Below are positions 28,485 to 37,728 of a stretch of 64,000 nt of DNA, piece by piece; position 1 is the first letter of the stretch, and each line of letters starts with the position of its first letter. The notes beneath the pieces were generated by a model. That model was not told the origin of the DNA. It saw only the letters and a program-made list of their open reading frames with translations, and did not search any database. A program made the translations under genes and the position numbers. The stretch comes from Verrucomicrobiales bacterium (lineage in GTDB: Bacteria; Verrucomicrobiota; Verrucomicrobiia; Verrucomicrobiales; V1-33): positions 10,172-74,171 of the forward strand of contig JANOAV010000060.1 of assembly GCA_031411295.1 (NCBI GenBank), given 5' to 3'.

Positions 28485-30533
28485 ATGGCTCGTGAATATA
28501 CCCTCAAGAAATCAACCGCCCCGCCGCCGTCTCCCGCAGCGGGCGGAATCGATTTCGTGGCGGAGTTGAACAAGCAGCAGTTGGCAGTGGTGAAATCCCC
28601 ACCGGGAGCATCCCTGGTCATTGCCGGGGCCGGGAGTGGCAAGACCCGGACGCTGACCTACCGCGTGGCCTACCTGCTGGAGAACGCCATCAACCCCAGC
28701 AATATTTTACTGCTAACCTTCACCAACAAAGCGGCCCGGGAAATGATGGAACGCGTGGAAACGTTACTGCCTGGCCGCTCCGGCGGCATGTGGGGCGGGA
28801 CCTTCCACTCCATTTGCAATCGCATCCTGCGGCGGCATCCCACGCTCGTGGGCTTGAGTTCCGGCTTCACCATTCTGGATACTGAAGATCAGAAATCGCT
28901 CCTTTCCAAAGTGATCAAAGAGTCGGGCGTGGCCACTGAAGTGGAAAAGCAGACCGGCAAGAAATTCCCCAAGGCTCCCGTCATCCTCGGACTGATCAGT
29001 CTGGCGTCCAATACGCGAACTGAATTGACTGAGGTGATCGAGGCGGAACACAGTTCAGAAGAGCACGTGGTGGCGGGCATTGAGAAGGTGGCTTCCCTCT
29101 ATGTGAAGCGCAAGGAACAAGGGAACGCGGTCGATTTTGATGATCTCATGGTTTATGCCCTGCGGCTCTTCAATGACAACCCCAAGGTGCTCAAGGACTA
29201 TCAGTATCAGTTCCAATTCATCCTCGTGGACGAATACCAGGACACCAATGCCCTCCAGGGTGAATTGGTGAATTTGCTAGCTGGTCAACATGGCAACATC
29301 ATGGCGGTGGGTGATGATGCGCAGTCGATCTATTCCTGGCGGGGAGCCGACTTTCGCTACATCATCGATTTCCCCAAACGGTATCCCCACGCCAAGGTCT
29401 ATCGGATCGAAACCAATTACCGCAGCGTGCCGGAAGTGCTGGAATTGGCTAACGAATCCATCAAGGGCAACGTCGATCAATTCGAAAAGAAACTCCAAGC
29501 CACGCGCGATTCCGCTGGCATGAGACCCGCCGTGGTCGGTGTGGGATCACCCGCAGAGCAAGCAATGTTCGTCGCCCAACGCATCGAGGAACTGGCCGCG
29601 GAAGGCATTCCTTATTCCGAAATGGCAGTGCTCTATCGGGCCCATTTCCAGAGTATGGAAGTGCAAATGCAGCTGACTTCCGATGCCATTCCCTACACGG
29701 TTACGAGCGGGTTAAAGTTCTTCGAGCAAGCCCACATCAAGGATTTTAGCGCCTTCCTCAAGTTTGCCGTGAACCCGTTGGATGAGTCCGCCTTCGATCG
29801 CTTGGTTAAATTAATCGACGGCATTGGAGATGTCTCTGCGAGCAAAATTTTCCGTGAATGGCGCGCGCAGTTGCCACCGTTGGGGGAGCAGGCACCGCAG
29901 AATTTCTCCAGCATCCTGCTCGGCATCAAAGTCCCCACCAAAGCCGCCAAGGACTGGGAGCAACTAGCCTATACCTTGGACGAACTCGTGGACGGCAATG
30001 GGGGCTGGCAACCACCCGAAGCCATGATGAAATCCGTTTTCGCTGGGGTCTATGAAGACTACATGGTGGCTAATTTCGATAACGCGGAGCAACGGCAGCA
30101 GGACTTGGATCAATTCATGCGCTTCGGCGGACGCTTTGCCACGGTCCAGGAGATGCTCAGCGATCTCTCCCTACTCAGTGGCCCGGAAGCGGCGGACGCG
30201 AATCCGGCCAAGAAATCTGATGACGCCGTCACCCTTTCCTCCATCCATCAGGCCAAAGGCTTGGAGTGGAAAGTGGTCTTCGTCATCTGGCTCACCGCCG
30301 CCATGTTCCCCAACCCCCGGGCCGTGGAGGAAGGCGGCAAGGACGCATTGGAGGAGGAACGACGTTTGTTCTACGTGGCCGTGACCCGGGCCAGAGATCA
30401 GCTTTACCTAACTTATCCACGCATGTGGCAGAAAGCCTATGATGGTGAAGTCTGGCAAACGCCGTCCGTCTTCCTCGCAGAAATTCCACCCTCCACCTTC
30501 GAAGAGTGGAAAATAGGCGGCAGCAACTGGTGA
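28485..30533 (+). CDS. UvrD/PcrA-family ATP-dependent DNA helicase
   Basis: AGAGSGKT, TFTNKAAREM, GTFHS, LVDEYQDTN, VGDDAQSIYSWRGA, NYRS, IHQAKGLEW, EEERRLFYVAVTRA. Confidence 0.96.
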   Translation: MAREYTLKKSTAPPPSPAAGGIDFVAELNKQQLAVVKSPPGASLVIAGAGSGKTRTLTYRVAYLLENAINPSNILLLTFTNKAAREMMERVETLLPGRSGGMWGGTFHSICNRILRRHPTLVGLSSGFTILDTEDQKSLLSKVIKESGVATEVEKQTGKKFPKAPVILGLISLASNTRTELTEVIEAEHSSEEHVVAGIEKVASLYVKRKEQGNAVDFDDLMVYALRLFNDNPKVLKDYQYQFQFILVDEYQDTNALQGELVNLLAGQHGNIMAVGDDAQSIYSWRGADFRYIIDFPKRYPHAKVYRIETNYRSVPEVLELANESIKGNVDQFEKKLQATRDSAGMRPAVVGVGSPAEQAMFVAQRIEELAAEGIPYSEMAVLYRAHFQSMEVQMQLTSDAIPYTVTSGLKFFEQAHIKDFSAFLKFAVNPLDESAFDRLVKLIDGIGDVSASKIFREWRAQLPPLGEQAPQNFSSILLGIKVPTKAAKDWEQLAYTLDELVDGNGGWQPPEAMMKSVFAGVYEDYMVANFDNAEQRQQDLDQFMRFGGRFATVQEMLSDLSLLSGPEAADANPAKKSDDAVTLSSIHQAKGLEWKVVFVIWLTAAMFPNPRAVEEGGKDALEEERRLFYVAVTRARDQLYLTYPRMWQKAYDGEVWQTPSVFLAEIPPSTFEEWKIGGSNW

Positions 30534-30555
30534 GGACCTAACAACTTTCGTCCCC

Positions 30556-31773
30556 CTACCTAACCTGCAGCGCCACTGGCACCACGACGTCCAGGGTGCG
30601 GGATCCCCGTTGGAAACGATACGCCAACTCGAACTTCCGCTGGAGCAACCCGTAATAGCGACCTTTGAGGACGCGAGGATCTTCCCCCTCCACGCTGATG
30701 CAGCGATCCCCCACCCTCACTCCGGCTTGGGCCCCCGGGCTGCCCGGCACAATATCCCGCACGTGCCAACTATCATCGAAACCGATCCCAGTCCCAATCC
30801 GCGAGGGCGATACCAACTGCTGCTGCTTCGTCCCCCATCCGAAAAATCGACTTTTCCCAAATGTAATTTGCGCGAGTTGGGCAGGTTGGTCGAGGGTCAG
30901 AATCGTATTCATCAGCACTTCTCCACCAACCCGGTAATCCCCCGAAGTAACCTCGACAATGGGACTGGCCAAGGCCACCGAGCCTAACCAGACCTGACCA
31001 TTCACCCGGGCCATGCCAGTGCGATACGTGGAACCAATACTGGTGCTCAATCCGCCGGGCCGGGCCGGAGCCTCGGTGGTTAGACCGAACTTGCTGGGAT
31101 TTATTTCCAACCCCCCAGTCGATCCACTATCCACATCAATGAACAGCTCCTTGGGGCCACCACGCAACGGCACCCGCGGCACCCCACTAGCCATTCGCAT
31201 GGGCACCACCCCCAGTTCACCACTGCGGATCGTCGAACCGGGATCTATCCGGAGCGCCTTACCCACGTAATCCAGGGAGATCGTTGCATCCCGGAAAATT
31301 CCAATCCCGATCACTCCAGCCATGTTCGTGAAATTCCCCCGAATCCTTGAAAAATCGTAAACAAAGGTGGGAACGTTTCTGAACTCCGCCTTCCCGATGG
31401 AAAGTTGCGGCAAGAGTGTCATCGGAATGGCCACATGATCCCCCGCTGCGCTTTTCACCATCGCCTTCTGTCTGCTGACTGGCAGATTCAATCCTGCGGC
31501 CATCTGTGGTGAAATCACGCAATCCGAAGCTCCCGTATCCAAGAGAAACTCATACCGCTGACCGGCAATTTCGACCTGGATAAATGGTAAATTCCCCTCC
31601 AGGCGCAGGGGCACACGCGAACCATTACCCGCTAGGTTGGGCAACGGCAAAGCCGAGCAACTAACTAGTCCCGCCAATCCCAGCCCGGCCAGCCAACGCA
31701 GCCCCCAGCCTGCCAACCGTGCGCACAGTTGGGATCGGAAAGGTGGAAAAGGAGGAAGCGAATGACTCATCAT
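30556..31773 (-). CDS. Lipoprotein two-domain aspartyl protease with C-terminal PDZ
   Basis: Lipobox LVSC; FLLDTGAS and IDVDSGS; GVIG; PDZ-like PGSPGAQAGVRVGD. Confidence 0.85.
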   Translation of the reverse strand: MMSHSLPPFPPFRSQLCARLAGWGLRWLAGLGLAGLVSCSALPLPNLAGNGSRVPLRLEGNLPFIQVEIAGQRYEFLLDTGASDCVISPQMAAGLNLPVSRQKAMVKSAAGDHVAIPMTLLPQLSIGKAEFRNVPTFVYDFSRIRGNFTNMAGVIGIGIFRDATISLDYVGKALRIDPGSTIRSGELGVVPMRMASGVPRVPLRGGPKELFIDVDSGSTGGLEINPSKFGLTTEAPARPGGLSTSIGSTYRTGMARVNGQVWLGSVALASPIVEVTSGDYRVGGEVLMNTILTLDQPAQLAQITFGKSRFFGWGTKQQQLVSPSRIGTGIGFDDSWHVRDIVPGSPGAQAGVRVGDRCISVEGEDPRVLKGRYYGLLQRKFELAYRFQRGSRTLDVVVPVALQVR

Positions 31774-31879
31774 GGACCCACCTATGCCGCCAAATTCGTC
31801 AGCCGCAATTTCCTTTTCGCCACCGAGGGTAAAATTTGCTGTGCCACGAGCATCCGGGAGCGGTGAAACGTCGCCTCCA

Positions 31880-32647
31880 TTAATGATGACTAGCCGGGTT
31901 CAGTGCAGTCGCCTGCGTTCCCTTGGCTTTCGGAGCCATGATCTGTCGGATAAAGTCGGCAAAGCTCGCGCGGCACCGCTGGTGATAACTGTCGGATCCT
32001 ACCCCAAGGCTGACGAACGCAGCACGGTGATTTGTCCAGACCAGCATTTCTGCCAGACGGAAGAGCCACCTGAATTGCCAGATCCACAGCTTGATCGCCC
32101 AGGGACTCCACGTCTGGAAGCGTTCGTGGAAAAACTCCGCATGAAAACCAATATGCTTGATTTCATCCTTCACCAAGCGGGCACAACATTGTTGGATGGC
32201 GGGCTCCGGCACGTGCCGCGTGAGCAATCCATAGTAGGCCCGGGCGATCAATTCTGCGCTCAGAAGAATTTGGATTTCATATTCCAACCGCGGAATCAGT
32301 TTGCGAATGCGATTGAACGCCCATGCCGCCCAGTGTTTCGTCCGCAGCGTGCCGCCCAGATGCTGCACCATCCGCGCCAGCATTTCGGCATGGAAATTTT
32401 CCTCCTTAATGAAGAGTCGCACTGCCGCCGGATAACCGTGCAACGCAGCATCATGCGCGGATTCCCGCACCGCCCAGCGTTGCAGCGTCGAGCCATCGCC
32501 CGTTTCTCCCAGTTGGAAGATCGCCAGCGAGTGCGCCAGGGCACGCCTCGCAGGAGTGTCCTCCATGGCACAAGATTGATTCCAGTCTGGCTCGATAAAA
32601 GAACCAGTGTTTCTTTGATAGTAGTGAATCCAAGCGTCGGTGTTCAT
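31880..32647 (-). CDS. Ferritin-like (di-iron carboxylate) protein
   Basis: FQLGE, KEENFH (ExxH), SAE.IA..YY, KDEIKH (ExxH). Confidence 0.82.
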   Translation of the reverse strand: MNTDAWIHYYQRNTGSFIEPDWNQSCAMEDTPARRALAHSLAIFQLGETGDGSTLQRWAVRESAHDAALHGYPAAVRLFIKEENFHAEMLARMVQHLGGTLRTKHWAAWAFNRIRKLIPRLEYEIQILLSAELIARAYYGLLTRHVPEPAIQQCCARLVKDEIKHIGFHAEFFHERFQTWSPWAIKLWIWQFRWLFRLAEMLVWTNHRAAFVSLGVGSDSYHQRCRASFADFIRQIMAPKAKGTQATALNPASHH

Positions 32648-32653
32648 AATGTT

Positions 32654-32705
32654 ACTTTGTGAGACAAAGCAAATAACTCAGACGATTCACTTTGCAACAC
32701 AAAGT
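32654..32705. promoter_or_regulatory. Two palindromic operator-like boxes ACTTTG-N5-CAAAG
   Basis: ACTTTGtgagaCAAAGc (32654-32670) and ACTTTGcaacaCAAAGT (32689-32705), 35 bp apart, just upstream of the ferritin-like ATG. Confidence 0.65.
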
Positions 32706-32806
32706 TTAGACTCCCGGTGAAAATTTGCTCTTTTTGCTCTGTGCCAATCGGATCACTGGCTATTTCTGCCATTGCTCAAAGTCAGGACTCGGCCTAGTAA
32801 TTCCGC

Positions 32807-34588
32807 ATGAAGCACCTGAGATACATGCTGCGGTGGTGCCTGTTGCTGGAAAGTGCGGGTGCAGCCGTGGAACCAATGGCCACGGCGGGCTGGGAGGCGT
32901 TCGCGCCCCCGCCTGCGGAGATGGCATTGGCGGCGGCGGGGCAGCAGCACGCGCAGGCGCTGGCGTTGTTTTCACGTGGCTTGCGGCTGGAACGAGTGTT
33001 GCGGAAGGAGGATGCCTTGGCCGCCTACAAGGAGGCGATGGCCTTGGATGCTCACGATTTACGCCTGGCCTCACGGATGGCAAATCTCATGGCGGGGATG
33101 GGGAAATTCAACGATGCGCTGGCGGTGTTAGAGCAAACCAAAGCGTTGAATCCGGGGCAACCGCAAGCTTGGCTGGAGCTTTCGCGCTACTGTCTGCGGA
33201 ATCATCACGGAGCCGCAGAAATTAAGACCCAGGCGCTGCAATACGCCAAGCAGGCGGTGAATGCTTTCCCGGATTGCGCAGCCGCTTATATCCAGCTCAT
33301 CAACACTTACTTCGAGGCTCAGGAAATCTCCGGCGGGGATCCCCGCGCCAAGGCCCGTGAGGTCCTGGCCCGGGCGGCCACCGTCCCCTCGGAATCGGCG
33401 GTATATTGGCTCGCGCTGGTTCCCTCGGCACGCGAGGCCTATCCGCTGGATGATGCGGACACGAAGGCCGCCAACCTTGAGGCCATTCTGGCATTCGTGG
33501 CCAAGGCCGAGCAGTTTGCGGGCAAGGATCCGGTGTTGATCGAACGACTCGCCCTGTTCTACAATGACTATGCCACGCGCCTGAAATCCATGTCCTTGGC
33601 GAAACGAGCGCTGCCTTGGTTCGAAAAGCTCACCACCGCCGCACCGGAGAATTTACCTGCGCGCCGAGCCTACGCAGCGCTCTTACGACAAACCGGGGAA
33701 GGTCCCCGGGCGACGCAGCTTTTTCGTGAACTCGTCACGATTGATCCGCAGGATCTCGCCTCCCGCCGTGCGCTGATCAAGGTAGCCGAGGAACAGCGGG
33801 ACCCACTGGCGCTCATCACGCACCGCACGGAGATCCTGCGCTGGCAGGGCGGCACTCCAACAGAGTGGTTGGATCTCTCTGCGGCCATGATCAAAGCCCA
33901 GCAATTGGAATCCGCCATTAGCCTGCTCAAACGCGCCCGCCATGCGCACCCCACCGAAGCGCCTCTGGTGGCTCAATTGGCGCGGGTGCATCACTTGCGG
34001 AAGCAGGATTTCGAGGGATTTACCGCCTTCGAGGAGGCCTTGGCGTTGGCAGGGAAATACGCCGATGCCAAAGCCTATCCCAGCAACGACAAACTCCTGC
34101 GGGAAAGTGAATTTTATTTCCTGGGTGCCACCTTGGCAGCACGCCAGCCTAACCAGACGGAGTTGGCAGCCCAGTGGTATCGCAAAACCCTGGAGGTAGC
34201 CCCGCCGGAAACGCCAGAACTCACCGCTCGTTGTTATCACGGCTTGGCCACTCTTTGGTTGGAACGAAATGAAAAGCTCGAGGAAGCAGGCGAACTCCTG
34301 CGCACCGCGGACTCACTGATGCCCGCTACCCCAGCCTATCTCGACGGTCTGGGATGGTATTTCTACAAACAGCAGGATTACCCAGCCGCGCTCGATCAGC
34401 TAGAAAAAGCCGCCGCTTTGGCCAAGGGCAGTAATCCGCTCATCCTCAGCCACCTCTCCCAATGCCTCGCAGCACTTCATCGCCCGGAAGAGGCCCTGCA
34501 ACAAGCTGAGCAAGCAGCCGCGCATCCGGAGGCCACCGCTGAGCTAAAACAACGGGCTGCGGAACTGCGCACCGCAGCCAAACCCTAA
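32807..34588 (+). CDS. Exported tetratricopeptide-repeat protein
   Basis: Ala/Leu-rich helical repeats such as AYLDGLGWYFYKQQDYPAALDQLEKAA; signal-like N-terminus. Confidence 0.82.
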   Translation: MKHLRYMLRWCLLLESAGAAVEPMATAGWEAFAPPPAEMALAAAGQQHAQALALFSRGLRLERVLRKEDALAAYKEAMALDAHDLRLASRMANLMAGMGKFNDALAVLEQTKALNPGQPQAWLELSRYCLRNHHGAAEIKTQALQYAKQAVNAFPDCAAAYIQLINTYFEAQEISGGDPRAKAREVLARAATVPSESAVYWLALVPSAREAYPLDDADTKAANLEAILAFVAKAEQFAGKDPVLIERLALFYNDYATRLKSMSLAKRALPWFEKLTTAAPENLPARRAYAALLRQTGEGPRATQLFRELVTIDPQDLASRRALIKVAEEQRDPLALITHRTEILRWQGGTPTEWLDLSAAMIKAQQLESAISLLKRARHAHPTEAPLVAQLARVHHLRKQDFEGFTAFEEALALAGKYADAKAYPSNDKLLRESEFYFLGATLAARQPNQTELAAQWYRKTLEVAPPETPELTARCYHGLATLWLERNEKLEEAGELLRTADSLMPATPAYLDGLGWYFYKQQDYPAALDQLEKAAALAKGSNPLILSHLSQCLAALHRPEEALQQAEQAAAHPEATAELKQRAAELRTAAKP

Positions 34589-34630
34589 CACCCCACCCCT
34601 GCGGCGGCTTGCTCGGGTTGGGGCTCCTAG

Positions 34631-35602
34631 CTACGCCCGCAGATTCACCCAGCAATGGACATGGGGCGATCCCCGGAAATGCCAGACCATGCTGGGGCTT
34701 TCGAGTTGCCACACATCCCAGACTTGGTCATTGCCGATGTCTCCCTTTTTGTAGAAGGCCATACGGAGTTTATCCAGGCCTTGCTGCTTGATGAGTTTCA
34801 TCGCTTCGTCTGCATCCTTCTTGCGGAACGGGGCCAGCAAGTCCGCGAGCACTTGTTCCACCAACCCCTGCTGATCTTTGGCTAGTTCGCCCACAGCAAT
34901 GCCATCGATCGGAGCGCCTGCCTTACCCAGTTTCACGGTGTCCGTGCCATCCTCTTCCCTCCCCTCTTTGCACAGCGCCTTTTCCCGCTGTTTGCCGTCC
35001 AGCGCTTGATAGACCGCATTAGCCCGCTTGGCCTGATACCAGTAAGCATTGCCTTTGTGCTCGGCACTTTCCGTAAAGCCTTCCGCGGCATGGCCATAGA
35101 AAATGGGGCCACCAAACGCGACCCCTTCCACGCTATCGCCATCGCAACGACGCGTGCAGTGACGTCCCGTGAGCACAAACTCAAATTTCCCCGTGCCCGG
35201 TTCGCCAAATATCGCCACTGCACAAGATGCTTCGAAGCCTTCCTTACCACTGTCGTGCACCACTTGGCTGTAAACTTTATCCGCATACTCCTCACTGTGG
35301 ATCCCCAGGAAAATTTGTTTCACCAAATCCTGCTGATCTTTGGTCAACACGCTGGCAATGCTTTGTTTCACAATCATCCAATTGTTATCCACCTTGGATC
35401 GCAGCTCATGCTCAAACGGAAAACAAATGGTCTTCCGTTGTTCATCCGTTAATGATTTATACAACTGCGCGACCAATGTTTCCGCATCCGGCTGCTCCGC
35501 CGCAGCCATCCAGGAAGGCACCGCCACGCCCAACGGCAGGGCCATGGCCGAATTTTTAAGGAAAGCACGGCGGGACGTTGGCGGGAATAATGATGGATTC
35601 AT
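34631..35602 (-). CDS. Tat-exported DUF3500-like protein
   Basis: SRRAFLK twin-arginine signal; LY.SL..EQR, AIFGEP, GRH.T.R.D, FGGPIFYGH, FRGSPHVH. Confidence 0.8.
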   Translation of the reverse strand: MNPSLFPPTSRRAFLKNSAMALPLGVAVPSWMAAAEQPDAETLVAQLYKSLTDEQRKTICFPFEHELRSKVDNNWMIVKQSIASVLTKDQQDLVKQIFLGIHSEEYADKVYSQVVHDSGKEGFEASCAVAIFGEPGTGKFEFVLTGRHCTRRCDGDSVEGVAFGGPIFYGHAAEGFTESAEHKGNAYWYQAKRANAVYQALDGKQREKALCKEGREEDGTDTVKLGKAGAPIDGIAVGELAKDQQGLVEQVLADLLAPFRKKDADEAMKLIKQQGLDKLRMAFYKKGDIGNDQVWDVWQLESPSMVWHFRGSPHVHCWVNLRA

Positions 35603-35664
35603 AGTCAGTCAGCGTAGTGGACGATCCGACTGATGGATATAACGAGTTCGCGGATGAGAGACCA

Positions 35665-35791
35665 CTCAGCACAGGCTCAGATCCTGCGACCACCACGCCA
35701 GCAGCATGGGCCAGCCGCCTCACCCAACATTGTTGGCACCTGGCGCATTCCTGCTTGGCGCGATCCTCACAGGTTGCAAACCTGTGCTGAG
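35665..35791. repeat. REPIN/MITE-like element with 11-bp terminal inverted repeats
   Basis: CTCAGCACAGG (35665-35675) and CCTGTGCTGAG (35781-35791); the right end forms the hairpin CACAGG-ttgcaaa-CCTGTG and the left end a degenerate copy. Confidence 0.55.
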
Positions 35792-35869
35792 CAGCCCAGC
35801 GGGCGGCTCCACGTTCGCTCAAAATTACCTGATTGCCTGTCGGGTTGAGGGCTCGATGCCCCTTCCGCT

Positions 35870-36964
35870 TTATTCCCCCATCTCCGGATCCGGCAGGCGG
35901 ATCGTGAAGCTGGCATCCACCCCCAGAGTGCTTTGCACACTGATCGTGCCACCGTGAGCTTCCACCGCCCGACGCACAATGGAGAGGCCCAGACCGGTGC
36001 CTTTGACGGCGGAGGAATGATGCTTGGCGACCCGATAGAACCTTTTGAAAACAAAGGGAATATCTTCCTGCGGGATGCCGACACCATTGTCACTAACACT
36101 CAAGATCACGGTGTCGCCTTCACGTCGGCTGGAAATTTCCACTTTGATGCCCGTTTCATTTTCCTTCAGGGCATTCTCGATCAGATTGAAGAGAATTTGA
36201 TCCCAGTAAAAGCGATCCGCCGCAATGAACTCTGCTTCGGGCGTAATGCCCACGAGGATGTCCGCCTGCTTGCTGTCGATCATTGGCTGGAGGCGCTCCA
36301 GCACATCTTGGGTGCACTCGCGCACGGAGAATCTCTGAGCGCGCAGATTCTCTGGAGCGCTGCCATCGGTGGCGGACTCAAATTTCGAAAGCGTCAGCAT
36401 GTCCTCCACGATGCGGGCAATTCGCTCACCGTGCTTCCGCATGGTGTGGAGGCAGCGTTTCATTTGTTCGGGGTCATCCACCAGGCCATCCTCCAAATTT
36501 TCCAGATAGCCATTAATGATGGAAAGCGGCGTGCGCAGTTCGTGAGAAGCGTTGGCCACGAAATCCTTCCTAACTTGCTCAGTCGCATGACGCTCGGTTT
36601 GATCCCTCATTAGCACGCGCAAATAGGGCGCGCCCACCTTCCGTAACTGAATCGAACTGACATTGACGGAAAGGTAGCGATCTTCCGTGCCGGCGGATGA
36701 CTTGACTGCCACCAGAAACTCACGTTCCATGGTCTGCCCGGTGGCTTGGGCCTTCTGCACCAGAGCGATGATCATCGGCTCGGGAATCACATCGACCAAT
36801 CGCAGATGGCGCTGCTGCTGCGGCATGGTGAAAAATTCCTGCGCTAGGTGATTAGCATAGACGATCCGCAGGGCGTCATCCACCAAGAGGCAGGCGTCTC
36901 CCAACCCGTCCAGAATGGAAGCAATCACACTGTTCACGGCACCAGAGCGTTGGAGAGTTGGCAC
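35870..36964 (-). CDS. phoR: PhoR-like PAS histidine kinase without transmembrane helices
   Basis: PAS, then RKDFVANASHELRTPLSIINGYLE, NLIENALK, DNGVGIP, FKRFYRV, GTGLGLSIV; directly downstream of the OmpR-family regulator. Confidence 0.82.
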   Translation of the reverse strand: MPTLQRSGAVNSVIASILDGLGDACLLVDDALRIVYANHLAQEFFTMPQQQRHLRLVDVIPEPMIIALVQKAQATGQTMEREFLVAVKSSAGTEDRYLSVNVSSIQLRKVGAPYLRVLMRDQTERHATEQVRKDFVANASHELRTPLSIINGYLENLEDGLVDDPEQMKRCLHTMRKHGERIARIVEDMLTLSKFESATDGSAPENLRAQRFSVRECTQDVLERLQPMIDSKQADILVGITPEAEFIAADRFYWDQILFNLIENALKENETGIKVEISSRREGDTVILSVSDNGVGIPQEDIPFVFKRFYRVAKHHSSAVKGTGLGLSIVRRAVEAHGGTISVQSTLGVDASFTIRLPDPEMGE

Positions 36965-36970
36965 AGAAGC

Positions 36971-37651
36971 TTAGAGCGTGGGGTGAAATTGATAACCGAC
37001 TCCCCGCAGCGTGCGCAGGCAGGCGGCATGCGCCCCGAGTTTCTCGCGCAGACGCTTCACGTGCGTATCCAAGGTCCTGGTCATAGTATTGTCGGAGAAG
37101 CCCCAGACTTCACGCAGCAAGGCATCCCGTTCCAGCACCACGCCACCGGATTCGATAAAGACGCGGAGGAGTTTGAATTCGGTGGCAGTTAGATCCACCT
37201 GCCGTCCGCTGATAAAGGCTTTGAGGGAGTTGCGCTCAACATGGAAGTCGCCCACTTTGAGGCTGGCATCGACGGAAACGCGTTTGGTGCGACGTAGGAG
37301 GGCTTTCACACGCAACATGAGTTCCTTGGGACTGAACGGTTTGCCCATGTATTCGTCCACGCCCATCTCCAGCCCGGCAATGCGGTGGGCCACATCTGCT
37401 TTGGCGGTTAAGATCAGCACTGGGATCCCACGCGTGCGGGCATCCTGTTTGAGTTCTTTAAAGACGGTGTAGCCATCCTTGCCTGGCAACATTAAATCCA
37501 GGATAATGAGGTCCGGAATATGAAGTTTTGCCTGCTCTAATCCCGTGTTCCCATCCGCCGCTTCCCAGACCTGGTAATCGTTGCGTTTCAGGTTGAGGCA
37601 GATGAGTTCGAGAATGTCCTTTTCGTCTTCGACGACTAGTATCGTGTGCAT
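36971..37651 (-). CDS. phoB: PhoB-like OmpR-family response regulator
   Basis: ILVVEDE, LDLMLPG, LTAK, KPFSPKEL; winged helix LTATEFKLL...VWG...TRTLDTHVKRLREKLG...RGVGY. Confidence 0.85.
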   Translation of the reverse strand: MHTILVVEDEKDILELICLNLKRNDYQVWEAADGNTGLEQAKLHIPDLIILDLMLPGKDGYTVFKELKQDARTRGIPVLILTAKADVAHRIAGLEMGVDEYMGKPFSPKELMLRVKALLRRTKRVSVDASLKVGDFHVERNSLKAFISGRQVDLTATEFKLLRVFIESGGVVLERDALLREVWGFSDNTMTRTLDTHVKRLREKLGAHAACLRTLRGVGYQFHPTL

Positions 37652-37699
37652 ATTAAGGACACCTTAGGGACGCTATCTCAATGATTCAGGTTCTTTCGT

Positions 37700-37717
37700 G
37701 TGACAAGTTCGTGTCAA
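37700..37717 (-). promoter_or_regulatory. Pho-box-like direct repeat upstream of phoB
   Basis: Minus strand TTGACAC-gaac-TTGTCAC, 11-nt periodicity, about 50 nt before the phoB ATG; resembles the CTGTCAT/CTGTCAC Pho-box half-sites. Confidence 0.6.
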
Positions 37718-37728
37718 TGGCGGCCCCA

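Noticed and set aside
28485..30533. UvrD helicase as part of a defence system such as Gabija
   Set aside because: No adjacent OLD/TOPRIM nuclease; motifs fit a housekeeping PcrA-like paralog.
31772..32662. 296-aa plus-strand ORF overlapping the ferritin-like gene
   Set aside because: The minus-strand ORF has the di-iron motifs and upstream operators; this one has no recognisable features.
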